Shown here in pieces: positions 37,558 to 46,476 of a stretch of DNA of 64,000 nt. The position numbers and the translations under genes were made by a program. Position 1 is the stretch's first letter. Each line of letters begins with the position of its first letter. The notes below the pieces were generated by a model. It did not search any database and was not told where the DNA came from. It saw only the letters and a program-made list of their open reading frames with translations. This stretch comes from an uncultured virus (IMG/VR IMGVR_UViG_2660238585_000005) (taxonomy: Duplodnaviria; Heunggongvirae; Uroviricota; Caudoviricetes), in IMG/VR virus record IMGVR_UViG_2660238585_000005. One strand, given 5' to 3'.

Positions 37558-38368
37558 ATATATTACAATATCCTATTATTTCATAATCTGTTGGTACGTC
37601 ATAATTTCTATTACCGTTTTCTAAAGTCCATTTTAAATCAAACATAGTTGTATCAATTATTAATGAAAAGTATAGCATAACTATCCCTACATCAACTTTA
37701 CCTTCATACTCACTTGCAAATTCATCTTTTCTTACTGCAAGAATCACTTTGCCTCCATCAATTATAAATCTCCAAGGTTGTCTATTTAATGTAGATGGTG
37801 CCATTCTAGCAAAACTAAATGCATCTAATAATCCTCTTTCTTCTAATAATTCTATGGTTGCATTTTCTCCCCATTTATCTATATAAACTATCTTTTCTAC
37901 ACCTAATCTAGATGAATCACCAGTAGCTGATTTAGTTTTTACAGTATCTCCATAACCTAGTGCAATAATTGCTGTAACTTCCTTATCTGATAAAATTTCA
38001 AGCTTTTCTTTTATAAGCGAACTCTCTTTAAAGGTAACCCAACATGAGTCGATTCCTAAGTCCATGGCCTTTAGAGTTAAGTTTTCTCCTATATATCCTG
38101 AATTTTCTATGTATCCTTTATCTGTATCAGATAAAATGATTACATAGTTTGGTGCTTCTATCATATGTCCATTATATCCTGCTATTTTATCAAGTTTTGG
38201 ATACAATTTATCTTTATTAAAAACTTTAATTTCAGTCCTTATTTCTGGTACAAGTTTTTTAGACATATTTATATATTCTTCTATTATTCTGAAATCTGAT
38301 TTTTTTATTTCTTGATTTTTAAATTTCCTTACTGACCTTTTATTGGATATAAGATATTTGTAATTCAT
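37556..38368 (-). CDS. Nitroreductase-family protein (host)
   Basis: KRSVRKF, GIDSCWV, APSTLNRQPWRF. Confidence 0.9.
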   Translation of the reverse strand: MNYKYLISNKRSVRKFKNQEIKKSDFRIIEEYINMSKKLVPEIRTEIKVFNKDKLYPKLDKIAGYNGHMIEAPNYVIILSDTDKGYIENSGYIGENLTLKAMDLGIDSCWVTFKESSLIKEKLEILSDKEVTAIIALGYGDTVKTKSATGDSSRLGVEKIVYIDKWGENATIELLEERGLLDAFSFARMAPSTLNRQPWRFIIDGGKVILAVRKDEFASEYEGKVDVGIVMLYFSLIIDTTMFDLKWTLENGNRNYDVPTDYEIIGYCNI

Positions 38369-38489
38369 AATTTCCCCTCCCTAAAGTTATATTAAATTTT
38401 ATTTTATATTTTTTATACCCAAAATCAACACAAAGCAAACATTTTCCTGATAACTATAGTATTTTTACAAATATCTAAAATGGTTTTAT

Positions 38490-38518
38490 CACCAATCAAT
38501 TTATTTTTTAATAATATA
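38490..38518 (+). promoter_or_regulatory. sigmaK-like mother-cell promoter of the substrate-binding gene
   Basis: CACC-N16-AATAATATA versus CACM-N16-CATAnnnTA. Confidence 0.5.
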
Positions 38519-38539
38519 CATTATCTTTAATTTTAAGGG

Positions 38540-39097
38540 GTGATTTTTTTGCTAAAAAAATTAATAATATTAATAACTTTAATTACTAGCCTATCTTTGC
38601 TTCTCATTGGATGTACTCCTAAATCTCAAAGTATTAAATCTAAAAATTTAAATAAGCTAACTGTTGCAGAGGTAACCCATTCAGTATTTTATGCTCCACA
38701 ATATGCAGCTATAACTCAAGGTTTTTTTGAGGAAGAGGGCATTGAGTTAGACCTTATAAATACTCAGGGAGCAGATAAAACAATGGCTGCACTTCTTTCT
38801 GGAGAAGCAGATATAGGCCTTATGGGACCAGAAGCATCTATTTATGTATATAATAAAGGGAATTCAAATTATGCAGTAAATTTTGCGCAATTAACTCAAA
38901 AAGATGGAAGCTTTTTAGTTGCTCGTGAAAATACTGATAGTTTTTCTTTTGAGGATTTAAAAGGTAAAGAGGTTTTAGGTGGTAGAAAAGGTGGGGTTCC
39001 TGAAATGACATTAGAGTATGTTATGAAAAAAAATGGTCTAACTATAGGAACTGGTACTCAAAACGGTAAAGTAAATGTTAGAACCGATATTCAATAA
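38540..39097 (+). pseudogene. 5' part of NMT1/SsuA-type ABC substrate-binding lipoprotein (YtlA-like), truncated by prophage 2
   Basis: Lipobox LIGC, EVTHSVFYAPQY, GGRKGGVPEM; stops at 185 aa, about half the family length, where phage DNA begins. Confidence 0.88.
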
Positions 39098-39117
39098 TCA
39101 GTTTTATTATAACAGTT
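39073..39117. other. Prophage 2 attL with serine-integrase geometry
   Basis: AACCGAT/ATCAGTT around central CA (39092-39093); outer AAATGTTA/TAACAGTT lie 11 and 16 bp from the centre. Confidence 0.7.
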
Positions 39118-39178
39118 AATTTTTAGAATAGTATTTTAGAAATATTAAGATAAAATTTTCATTAATACTATAAAAAAA

Positions 39179-39217
39179 ACAGAAATAAGATAGAGTTTTA
39201 GGATATCTTATTTCTGT
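39179..39217. terminator. Terminator after endolysin of prophage 2
   Basis: ACAGAAATAAGATA...TATCTTATTTCTGT. Confidence 0.7.
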
Positions 39218-39290
39218 CTTTATCATGAAACTTAGTATCTAATCAAAATTTAATTTAAAACAATATTTTATAGTAAAATTTTTACTAAGT

Positions 39291-40067
39291 TTATACTAAT
39301 TCAAGATACTTAGAGCTAACATATCCTAAACCCTTATTACCATCAAACCCTTCTATACTTATCCATCCATTTAAACAATACTGTAAATTCACTATATCTC
39401 CATATTTAACTTGTCCTATTACCTCATATTCTGTACCTCTATCCCATCTAACATTTAACACATCTGCAATTACCCTAGCTTTTCTTCCTGAGTAATCTCC
39501 ATTTGTAAATCCTTCGTCTACAATTCCAGTTTCCTTCCATTCAACTGAATTAAATTTACAAATTCCTTTTGCTATAGCTTTAGCAAATTTATCTTTATTG
39601 TTCATTATTAAATTATAGTCTTCCTCATTGGTTATGAATCCTAACTCAACTAAACAAGCATCCATCTTAGTCTCTCTAACTACGTGTAGGTTACCTTCCT
39701 TTACACCTCTATTTTTAGTGTAAAGACCTTCTTGTATTAACTCTGAGTGTATAGTGTCTGCTAAAGCTCTATATGCAAATTTATAGCAATAAGTTTCTAC
39801 CCCTTGAGCACTTGGATTGTCAGAGCTGTTACAGTGTATTGATACAAATGAGTTTACCCCTAATTTATTAGCTTCATTAGTTCTATCATTTAACGTCACA
39901 AATACATCTGTAGTTCTAGTATTTAAATTTTCTATATTTTGATTTTTTAAGTACTTAGCTACTCTATTAGATACATCTAATACTATATCCTTTTCTAAGC
40001 ATCCATGTACTCCTGGTGCTCCCGAATCATATCCTCCATGTCCTGGATCTGTCATATTTTTTCTCAT
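39291..40067 (-). CDS. Endolysin: Amidase_3 + SH3b (close paralog of 3853-4635)
   Basis: DPGHGGYD, SIHCN, LVELGFITN. Confidence 0.95.
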   Translation of the reverse strand: MRKNMTDPGHGGYDSGAPGVHGCLEKDIVLDVSNRVAKYLKNQNIENLNTRTTDVFVTLNDRTNEANKLGVNSFVSIHCNSSDNPSAQGVETYCYKFAYRALADTIHSELIQEGLYTKNRGVKEGNLHVVRETKMDACLVELGFITNEEDYNLIMNNKDKFAKAIAKGICKFNSVEWKETGIVDEGFTNGDYSGRKARVIADVLNVRWDRGTEYEVIGQVKYGDIVNLQYCLNGWISIEGFDGNKGLGYVSSKYLELV

Positions 40068-40172
40068 AATTAATTCCTCCTAATTATTTTTTATTGTATA
40101 TATTTTAAAAGATAACAAAAAAAGAACTGTCACCAGTCCTATTTATTACCTTTTCAATAAGCATTTAATTTA

Positions 40173-40433
40173 TTATTTATTTACCGTTTGTTTTACAAGT
40201 TGATTTGTAGCGATAGCTCCAAAACTACATATTATGCCTTGTAAAATACTTGTAGCATTAAATCCCATTATAGGTATACTAAAACTAATACCTAGAACTA
40301 GTAAAATCCACGGTATACTCCAATCTTTTATCTTAGGTGTTCTCTTTAGAAATATGCCTATAACATAAAGGGCAGCTACTAATATTAATAACTGTTCCGG
40401 TACAAAATTAATTATTGTTTCCAATCTTTTCAA
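40173..40433 (-). CDS. Holin (3-TM, clostridial type)
   Basis: LYVIGIFLK..IKDWSIPWILL..LQGII..NQLVKQ. Confidence 0.85.
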   Translation of the reverse strand: MKRLETIINFVPEQLLILVAALYVIGIFLKRTPKIKDWSIPWILLVLGISFSIPIMGFNATSILQGIICSFGAIATNQLVKQTVNK

Positions 40434-40704
40434 CTCCTTGTATATTATCTATTCTGTGATGAGCAGACTTTGTACTCTCCTCAACTTTTATAAGCCTCTC
40501 AATGGCATTGTTTAACTTAACATCCTGAGATTTTATATCAAGTCTTATGTCGTCTACACCCTTACTTATATAATCAAGTTTGGTTGATAGTAAAGTTCTT
40601 TGAGATGCATCATCTTTTATATCTTTTTGATTTTTCTTTTGGTAACTCATGTATCCAATTATAGCCCCTACAACCGTACATACAACCGTCACTTCTATGT
40701 TCAT
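40408..40704 (-). CDS. XhlA/holin-associated lysis protein
   Basis: Homolog of 5058-5354. Confidence 0.7.
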   Translation of the reverse strand: MNIEVTVVCTVVGAIIGYMSYQKKNQKDIKDDASQRTLLSTKLDYISKGVDDIRLDIKSQDVKLNNAIERLIKVEESTKSAHHRIDNIQGVEKIGNNN

Positions 40705-40716
40705 AACTCCTCCATA

Positions 40717-42462
40717 TTATGCTATTACTATTAAGGCTCCAGCTATCGGTTTATGCCTAATATCTCCAGTAGAATAATTTTTATCTGTTCTATACCCTCT
40801 AATTGGAACTCTTGCATTGGCATAATCAATATTTTCATCTTCAACTAAAACAACCATTCTCTGAATTACCCAGCACTTATCTATTTGCCAAGATTCGTCC
40901 GAAGAATCAGTAATAACTGCCATTGTTTTAAATTGTTTATTTTTATATCTCTCAGGAAGTTGAACCCAATGTAAACTATTCGGATCTCCTTTTGTATTAA
41001 ACCCTTTAACATCTACCATACTTCGATATGGATAGGTTTTACCATTTTCTTGATATCCAAATCCATTCCTATCAATCATACATTTTGTTCCATCTTCAAA
41101 CTCCATATCAAGCCTATCTTTTTGGATACTCAACGGAGTTGTTTTCCCTATTGTAAAATTAAATCTATCCATTTTTTGTTCAAATATCGTAGCAACATCT
41201 TTACTTCCGACTTTTTGGCTAATTTCATATGCAGTTTGATTTTTATATGTTTCAAATTCACCATTACTAACTCTCTCTTTAATTGATTTATCAGTTTGTT
41301 CTCTATAACTCATAAATTCTGAACTTGAAACTTTTTGTATTAGCCTACCATTTACTTGAAGTATTTCGAGTTTATTATTATTTGTTTCTTGAATTATATT
41401 ATTACTTGTACCAACTTGACTTGGCTCTGGGTTATTTAAAACAAAACTTGATGCATATGGTTTTTGTAAATCTAAATCAATTTTAACAATTCTATGTTTT
41501 TTTTCATATTCAAGGGGCTCACATACCACATTAATATTTTGAGATAACCTTAATCTTTCTAAATTATTATCTAAATAACTCAAATCTAATGCATTAATTG
41601 ACACAATGGAGTTACTTTCATTTATGAGCTTTAACTTTTCTTTAACTTTAGTATCTAAATTTTCCTGTATGGTTACATCTGACCATTCATAAACCTGTTC
41701 TATAATTCCATATTGTTTTATAAGTTCTAAATCTTCTGCAACAGAAGTTATCTTGCCTTCAGACCCCACACCAATTAACCTTGTGCAAATTGATTTCAAG
41801 CTATCTTCAACTTGAATGTCTTTAAGATTTACTCCTATTTCTACAGTACTTTCGTCTTTAACTGGGTTTTCTTTTAAATAATCTAAATAATATTTCCCAT
41901 CAACTTCTCTTAAATTAAGAAAACCTCCTTTGTTATTTACAAGCTTATCATAAATAACATTTAAGGAGGTTTCTCTATTAGTAATACAATATACACTATC
42001 AATCAAAGTTACATTTCCCAGATAAATTTTCTTTTTATCATCTACTTTAGAATTATGATTATCTAAAATTTTCTTTAAAAATTTTCTTGTGTCATAATTA
42101 GCTTCTGCATAAGCAGGACTATCTTTAGGAACTTCTGCAGGATGTAATTCCCATAACCCAACGGTACTATCAATTAAATAGTTTAGTAACCCTTCACAAA
42201 TAACGTCATTATAAAACATCCCGTCACTAGTCATTTCTTTTTTTACATCCAGTACTCTTCCATCAAATATTTTTTCATCATCTGCTTTATCATTTATTTT
42301 ATATATTTCTATTAGATCTATAAATTTTTTTAATTTATTAAAAAAGTTACTGTTTGGTAATAACTTAAAATTAACTATAGGAGCTTTATTTTCCTCATAA
42401 TTAATTTTACATTGTACTCCATCTATGATTTCATCGGAATTTTTCAATCTAATTTCAAACAA
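40717..42462 (-). CDS. Tal-like tail endopeptidase-domain protein
   Basis: IFDGRVL, CEGLLNYL, TRLIGVG. Confidence 0.8.
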   Translation of the reverse strand: MFEIRLKNSDEIIDGVQCKINYEENKAPIVNFKLLPNSNFFNKLKKFIDLIEIYKINDKADDEKIFDGRVLDVKKEMTSDGMFYNDVICEGLLNYLIDSTVGLWELHPAEVPKDSPAYAEANYDTRKFLKKILDNHNSKVDDKKKIYLGNVTLIDSVYCITNRETSLNVIYDKLVNNKGGFLNLREVDGKYYLDYLKENPVKDESTVEIGVNLKDIQVEDSLKSICTRLIGVGSEGKITSVAEDLELIKQYGIIEQVYEWSDVTIQENLDTKVKEKLKLINESNSIVSINALDLSYLDNNLERLRLSQNINVVCEPLEYEKKHRIVKIDLDLQKPYASSFVLNNPEPSQVGTSNNIIQETNNNKLEILQVNGRLIQKVSSSEFMSYREQTDKSIKERVSNGEFETYKNQTAYEISQKVGSKDVATIFEQKMDRFNFTIGKTTPLSIQKDRLDMEFEDGTKCMIDRNGFGYQENGKTYPYRSMVDVKGFNTKGDPNSLHWVQLPERYKNKQFKTMAVITDSSDESWQIDKCWVIQRMVVLVEDENIDYANARVPIRGYRTDKNYSTGDIRHKPIAGALIVIA

Positions 42463-42463
42463 A

Positions 42464-42661
42464 TTATATCACCTGATTGTTTTCAGTATTATTTTCAAGT
42501 ATAGATCCAATATCAAATGGTTCATTTGTTATTTCCTTAAACTGCTCTTTTGTAATTGCTCCCAGTTCAACAAACTTAGAAACTTTCTCTTTTGAGTACA
42601 TTCTTGTCCCATCTAATTTAATATAATTATAATACCTTTTAACTATTGGGTAGTAATCCAT
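42464..42661 (-). CDS. XkdX-family protein
   Basis: VKRYY...FVELGAITKEQFKEIT. Confidence 0.85.
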   Translation of the reverse strand: MDYYPIVKRYYNYIKLDGTRMYSKEKVSKFVELGAITKEQFKEITNEPFDIGSILENNTENNQVI

Positions 42662-42663
42662 AA

Positions 42664-43071
42664 TTATTTACCTCCTTGTAATTGTGCGACAGTTATCACT
42701 AAATCACTAACTGTTTGATTTAATTGTTCTATTTGGGAATCCTTTATAGCCATACTTAATGTTAAATTTGCATTTTGTTCTTCTAAAGCATCAACCTTTG
42801 TTAATTTATGCTTTTTCGACTTTATAGGTATAATTTCAAACAAAGTAAAATCTGAAATTGTATAAATTTCTTTTTTAATAAAATCTTTCTTAAGTTTAAT
42901 ATCACCTGTGACTTTTTGTAATGTCTCCCATAATTCTTTATCAATTAAAATATTAGGTTTTGGAATTTTATCAGAAAAGTCATCAAGGTAAAAACCATTA
43001 AATTCAAAGCTTTCTTCTTTGTAGTGTAAATATATTTTCACTTTCAGCACCTCCTTATTTTCCAATAGCAA
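42664..43071 (-). CDS. Tail fibre assembly/XkdW-like protein
   Basis: Between fibre and XkdX; C-terminal coiled coil. Confidence 0.6.
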   Translation of the reverse strand: MLLENKEVLKVKIYLHYKEESFEFNGFYLDDFSDKIPKPNILIDKELWETLQKVTGDIKLKKDFIKKEIYTISDFTLFEIIPIKSKKHKLTKVDALEEQNANLTLSMAIKDSQIEQLNQTVSDLVITVAQLQGGK

Positions 43072-45796
43072 TCCATTGGAATCTTACATTGTGTCCTTGT
43101 TTATTACCATTTCCCACATCTAATGCTTCTGCATAAGCACGTGATAATGTGTCCCCTACAACAGTTCCAGAAGTTTCACAGAACCCACCATAGTCATTAG
43201 ACGCTACATTTCCACAACAATGTACATATTCTTTAAAGGCTATAGGATAGTATAAATAACCATGTGCTCTATAACCGTCAAAAGGTATTACAGTACTTCC
43301 CCATTGTATAATTGTTCCGTTAGGGAATTTTTGATATCCTCCAGATTGTCCATTCTTGCATTCAAAATCTTCAACTGTAGGAGTTTTGACCCAATTAAAC
43401 CATTTGTGTTCAACGTTATAAATTCTAGTGTATACAGAACCTGGTCCACTAACTGTAAACTTTTGTATTATTTCTTTTTCATTTGACATGATAACATCTA
43501 AGTAGCCCCATATCCCACCACTATAAGGTGAATTAGGTATAGTATTGTAAGAATTTACAGTATATCTTCCTGGTTTTGTACATAAATTAAAATCTGTAGC
43601 CTGTCCTCTAGACGGTAAAAATGGTTTTGTTTCATAATCTACCCAGTTACTCCATTTTGAAGCACTACTATGATAATACCTAGAATATACTTCCCCTATT
43701 GGCGTGGTAAATCTCTGCATACAATCTCCTGGAACTGTAGCTTTTAGTACTTCAAGAGATCCCCATATACCTCCAGTAAACGGCGCGTTTGGTATAGATG
43801 TTCCACTCTCTACAAACCAAACCCCATAAGAGTCCTTACAATTATTGAAATCTGTAACCTTCCCTAGATAGTTTTGAGCATATCTGTCATCAGATTCAGA
43901 TTTAGTAATATAGGTACCATAGTGATCATGTTCTTTATTAGCTTTATTTGCAACATCTATAAGTAATTTAATAATACTTTCATCTACCCCTTCAAGTTTA
44001 TCTGAAATTCCCTTTAACGATGAAAGTATAGAATGAGGCATATAACACTCTATATCTGGTTTTATTGGCCCAGATTTAATATCTAGAATTGTATTCCCAT
44101 CATAAGTTCTAAGTAATGCACTTACACAGTTGAAATAATACTCTACTCCCATCTGATATAGAATCTCAAAACTAGAGGTCTTCATCCATTGAATAAATCC
44201 ATTTAGATCTGGAGTAGGTAATTTTGACTTAAGCACTTGAACATCTATACCATTAGATACTGATATTCCTTCTTCACTAGACTTTAAAGTTTTACTATAA
44301 TTAAGTAAATTGCATTGAGCTTTAGTATTAAAAGCTACAGTTCTATTCTTAGGCTTAAACCATACCCTTAAAATGGATTTATCTACAGATGTCCCACTAA
44401 TAGATAATTCAAATAATTCAGAATAATTCTTACTATTTAAAATATCACATTTTTGATTAAATATAGTTTTATCCTTTGTTCCAAATATAATATCCTTTGC
44501 TCCACCTGTTATCCCCCTAAGAATAACAGGTGACCATTCACCTGTAGGATAAAGGTATAATAGTTCTTTATTATTTTTTAGAGTAAAGTTATCTATGCTT
44601 ATTATTTGATTTAATCTAATTTTATTATTTTTAATAATCCATCCATTAGAAGGGTATATGGTGATAGTTCTAGCACTTAATCCATTTTCGACAGTGTAAG
44701 ATTCTCCTGGTTCTATGCTTATATCTTTTACCCATTTAGATTCGTTAGTATTATGTAGTACTAAATATATAACTTTGTCACTTATATTTTTGATAGATCT
44801 ATTCTCTTCTAATCTGTTTTTTAAAACATAATTGAATCTAGTTGATTCAATATTTGTTTCAGTACGATATTCATAATCCTTATTATAGCTTGAAAATACT
44901 ATATTTTGAGGTCTATCCCCCACAGACTTCATCCCTTCAAAATATTCGTTTAGATCATGTTCTCCTTCTACCAATAGAATTTTTACATCTTTAACCTCTT
45001 CTAAAGTGAATTTTTGACCTTCCTTAGGATATAAGTGTAAATATGATCGTCCGATATTCGAAATAGATGTAAAAGTTCCCTTTTTATCCTTTGTTGTAAG
45101 AGGCTCTAATAAATGAAACCAATGCGAGTCATACTTATCAGGTAAATTAAATAGTTTATAACTATACTTAGTATTAGGTTTAACGGGAAGAGAGTCTAGT
45201 CGAATATAGTTAAATGCATTAAGCCCATCTCCGTTAATTTTCCAGTCACTAGAATTCATTGGCATTATATTTATTAAAGTTTTACCTTTAAGTACCACAT
45301 CCGTAATAAAACCATTTGAACTAGGATGTACTCCTAATGAATTCACTTTATAACTAACTCCAGGTTGACCTTGAATATCTTTTACATTAGTAATTTCTTT
45401 AGCATATTCTTTTTCTAAATTATCATATTTTGATTTAAAACTTTTATTTAAATCAGTTAAACTACTATTATTAGTATTATATAAATTAGATAATTTCTTA
45501 TCCCACGTACTATTTTCATCAACTATTTTTTTAAATTCTTCTTTTCTAGTTTCTTCATTTATAACTCTAATTTTTTCATCTGAAATTCTTTTGTTTTCGG
45601 CTGAGACCCTTTGACTTTCAGCTAAATTTATATCATTTTTAAATTTTTCAATATCTTTTACTGTTTTATCAACATGAGTTGTATTTTTTTCTACTTCTGT
45701 ATTAATAACTTCTATACCGGTTGCAAGACTTTCTCTTACTTCTTTTCCATATATAGCCTTCCTAATATTATCTGTATATTGTTTTATATTTGCCAC
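43055..45796 (-). CDS. Tail fibre / receptor-binding protein with knob repeats
   Basis: AIYGKEVRESLA N-terminus, two TDFN..G..PN.P..GGIWG repeats, C-terminal GYQKFPNGTIIQWG...WIAIGK. Confidence 0.85.
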   Translation of the reverse strand: MANIKQYTDNIRKAIYGKEVRESLATGIEVINTEVEKNTTHVDKTVKDIEKFKNDINLAESQRVSAENKRISDEKIRVINEETRKEEFKKIVDENSTWDKKLSNLYNTNNSSLTDLNKSFKSKYDNLEKEYAKEITNVKDIQGQPGVSYKVNSLGVHPSSNGFITDVVLKGKTLINIMPMNSSDWKINGDGLNAFNYIRLDSLPVKPNTKYSYKLFNLPDKYDSHWFHLLEPLTTKDKKGTFTSISNIGRSYLHLYPKEGQKFTLEEVKDVKILLVEGEHDLNEYFEGMKSVGDRPQNIVFSSYNKDYEYRTETNIESTRFNYVLKNRLEENRSIKNISDKVIYLVLHNTNESKWVKDISIEPGESYTVENGLSARTITIYPSNGWIIKNNKIRLNQIISIDNFTLKNNKELLYLYPTGEWSPVILRGITGGAKDIIFGTKDKTIFNQKCDILNSKNYSELFELSISGTSVDKSILRVWFKPKNRTVAFNTKAQCNLLNYSKTLKSSEEGISVSNGIDVQVLKSKLPTPDLNGFIQWMKTSSFEILYQMGVEYYFNCVSALLRTYDGNTILDIKSGPIKPDIECYMPHSILSSLKGISDKLEGVDESIIKLLIDVANKANKEHDHYGTYITKSESDDRYAQNYLGKVTDFNNCKDSYGVWFVESGTSIPNAPFTGGIWGSLEVLKATVPGDCMQRFTTPIGEVYSRYYHSSASKWSNWVDYETKPFLPSRGQATDFNLCTKPGRYTVNSYNTIPNSPYSGGIWGYLDVIMSNEKEIIQKFTVSGPGSVYTRIYNVEHKWFNWVKTPTVEDFECKNGQSGGYQKFPNGTIIQWGSTVIPFDGYRAHGYLYYPIAFKEYVHCCGNVASNDYGGFCETSGTVVGDTLSRAYAEALDVGNGNKQGHNVRFQWIAIGK

Positions 45797-46476
45797 TATA
45801 GCAACTCCTTCCTATATATGAATTCTATTGATCCATTTCCAGTTACATAAATTTGATTAGTTCCATTTTTAAACCTTAATCTTCTTATTTTATTTACACC
45901 TTTTTTAAGATAAAACTTTTTATTATTTATATTTATTTCCATATCTGAATCAACGTTTATAATCGGTGAAATAGATACCCCTACATTTGTTAGCTTAAAA
46001 CTAAGTGAGTTTTCAACTTTATAATTTTTTATTTCAGTTACATCAAATTCAAAATTAAAATTATCCCATATATCATCACCAAACATATCATCTGAATATC
46101 TAAACGGCTTGGCATTTATTTTTATATTAAATTTCCCTAAATAATTTATTTCTTCGAAATCACTAAAATTGGTAACTTCACCTATCCAAAATCCTCTAAT
46201 ATCTTCAAATTTAACTCTCACTGTCGAATTTTCTAAAAATAAAGTCTGTAGATAATTATAAATATTGTTTACATAGGCTAACTTTTCATCCATAACTGTG
46301 TACTGTAAGTCTATAATTCTATCATCATAATTATAGGTTCCTGATATTTTACTGAAATCAAAAGACCCATTCATAAAAGGAATTGATTCTTTTATAATAA
46401 TAGGTTTTGCAGAACCAATATTTCTACTATTTAGAATCAATCCCTGTTTCTCTAATTCTTCAATTATATTTATCAT
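45796..46476 (-). CDS. Distal tail protein (Dit)
   Basis: Follows tape measure; SIPFMNGSFDFS, DIWDNFNFE. Confidence 0.8.
   Translation of the reverse strand: MINIIEELEKQGLILNSRNIGSAKPIIIKESIPFMNGSFDFSKISGTYNYDDRIIDLQYTVMDEKLAYVNNIYNYLQTLFLENSTVRVKFEDIRGFWIGEVTNFSDFEEINYLGKFNIKINAKPFRYSDDMFGDDIWDNFNFEFDVTEIKNYKVENSLSFKLTNVGVSISPIINVDSDMEININNKKFYLKKGVNKIRRLRFKNGTNQIYVTGNGSIEFIYRKELL

Noticed and set aside
43055..43900. Diversity-generating retroelement or shufflon acting on the tail fibre
   Set aside because: No reverse transcriptase, template repeat or alternative inverted C-termini seen; the repeats are diverged protein domains.
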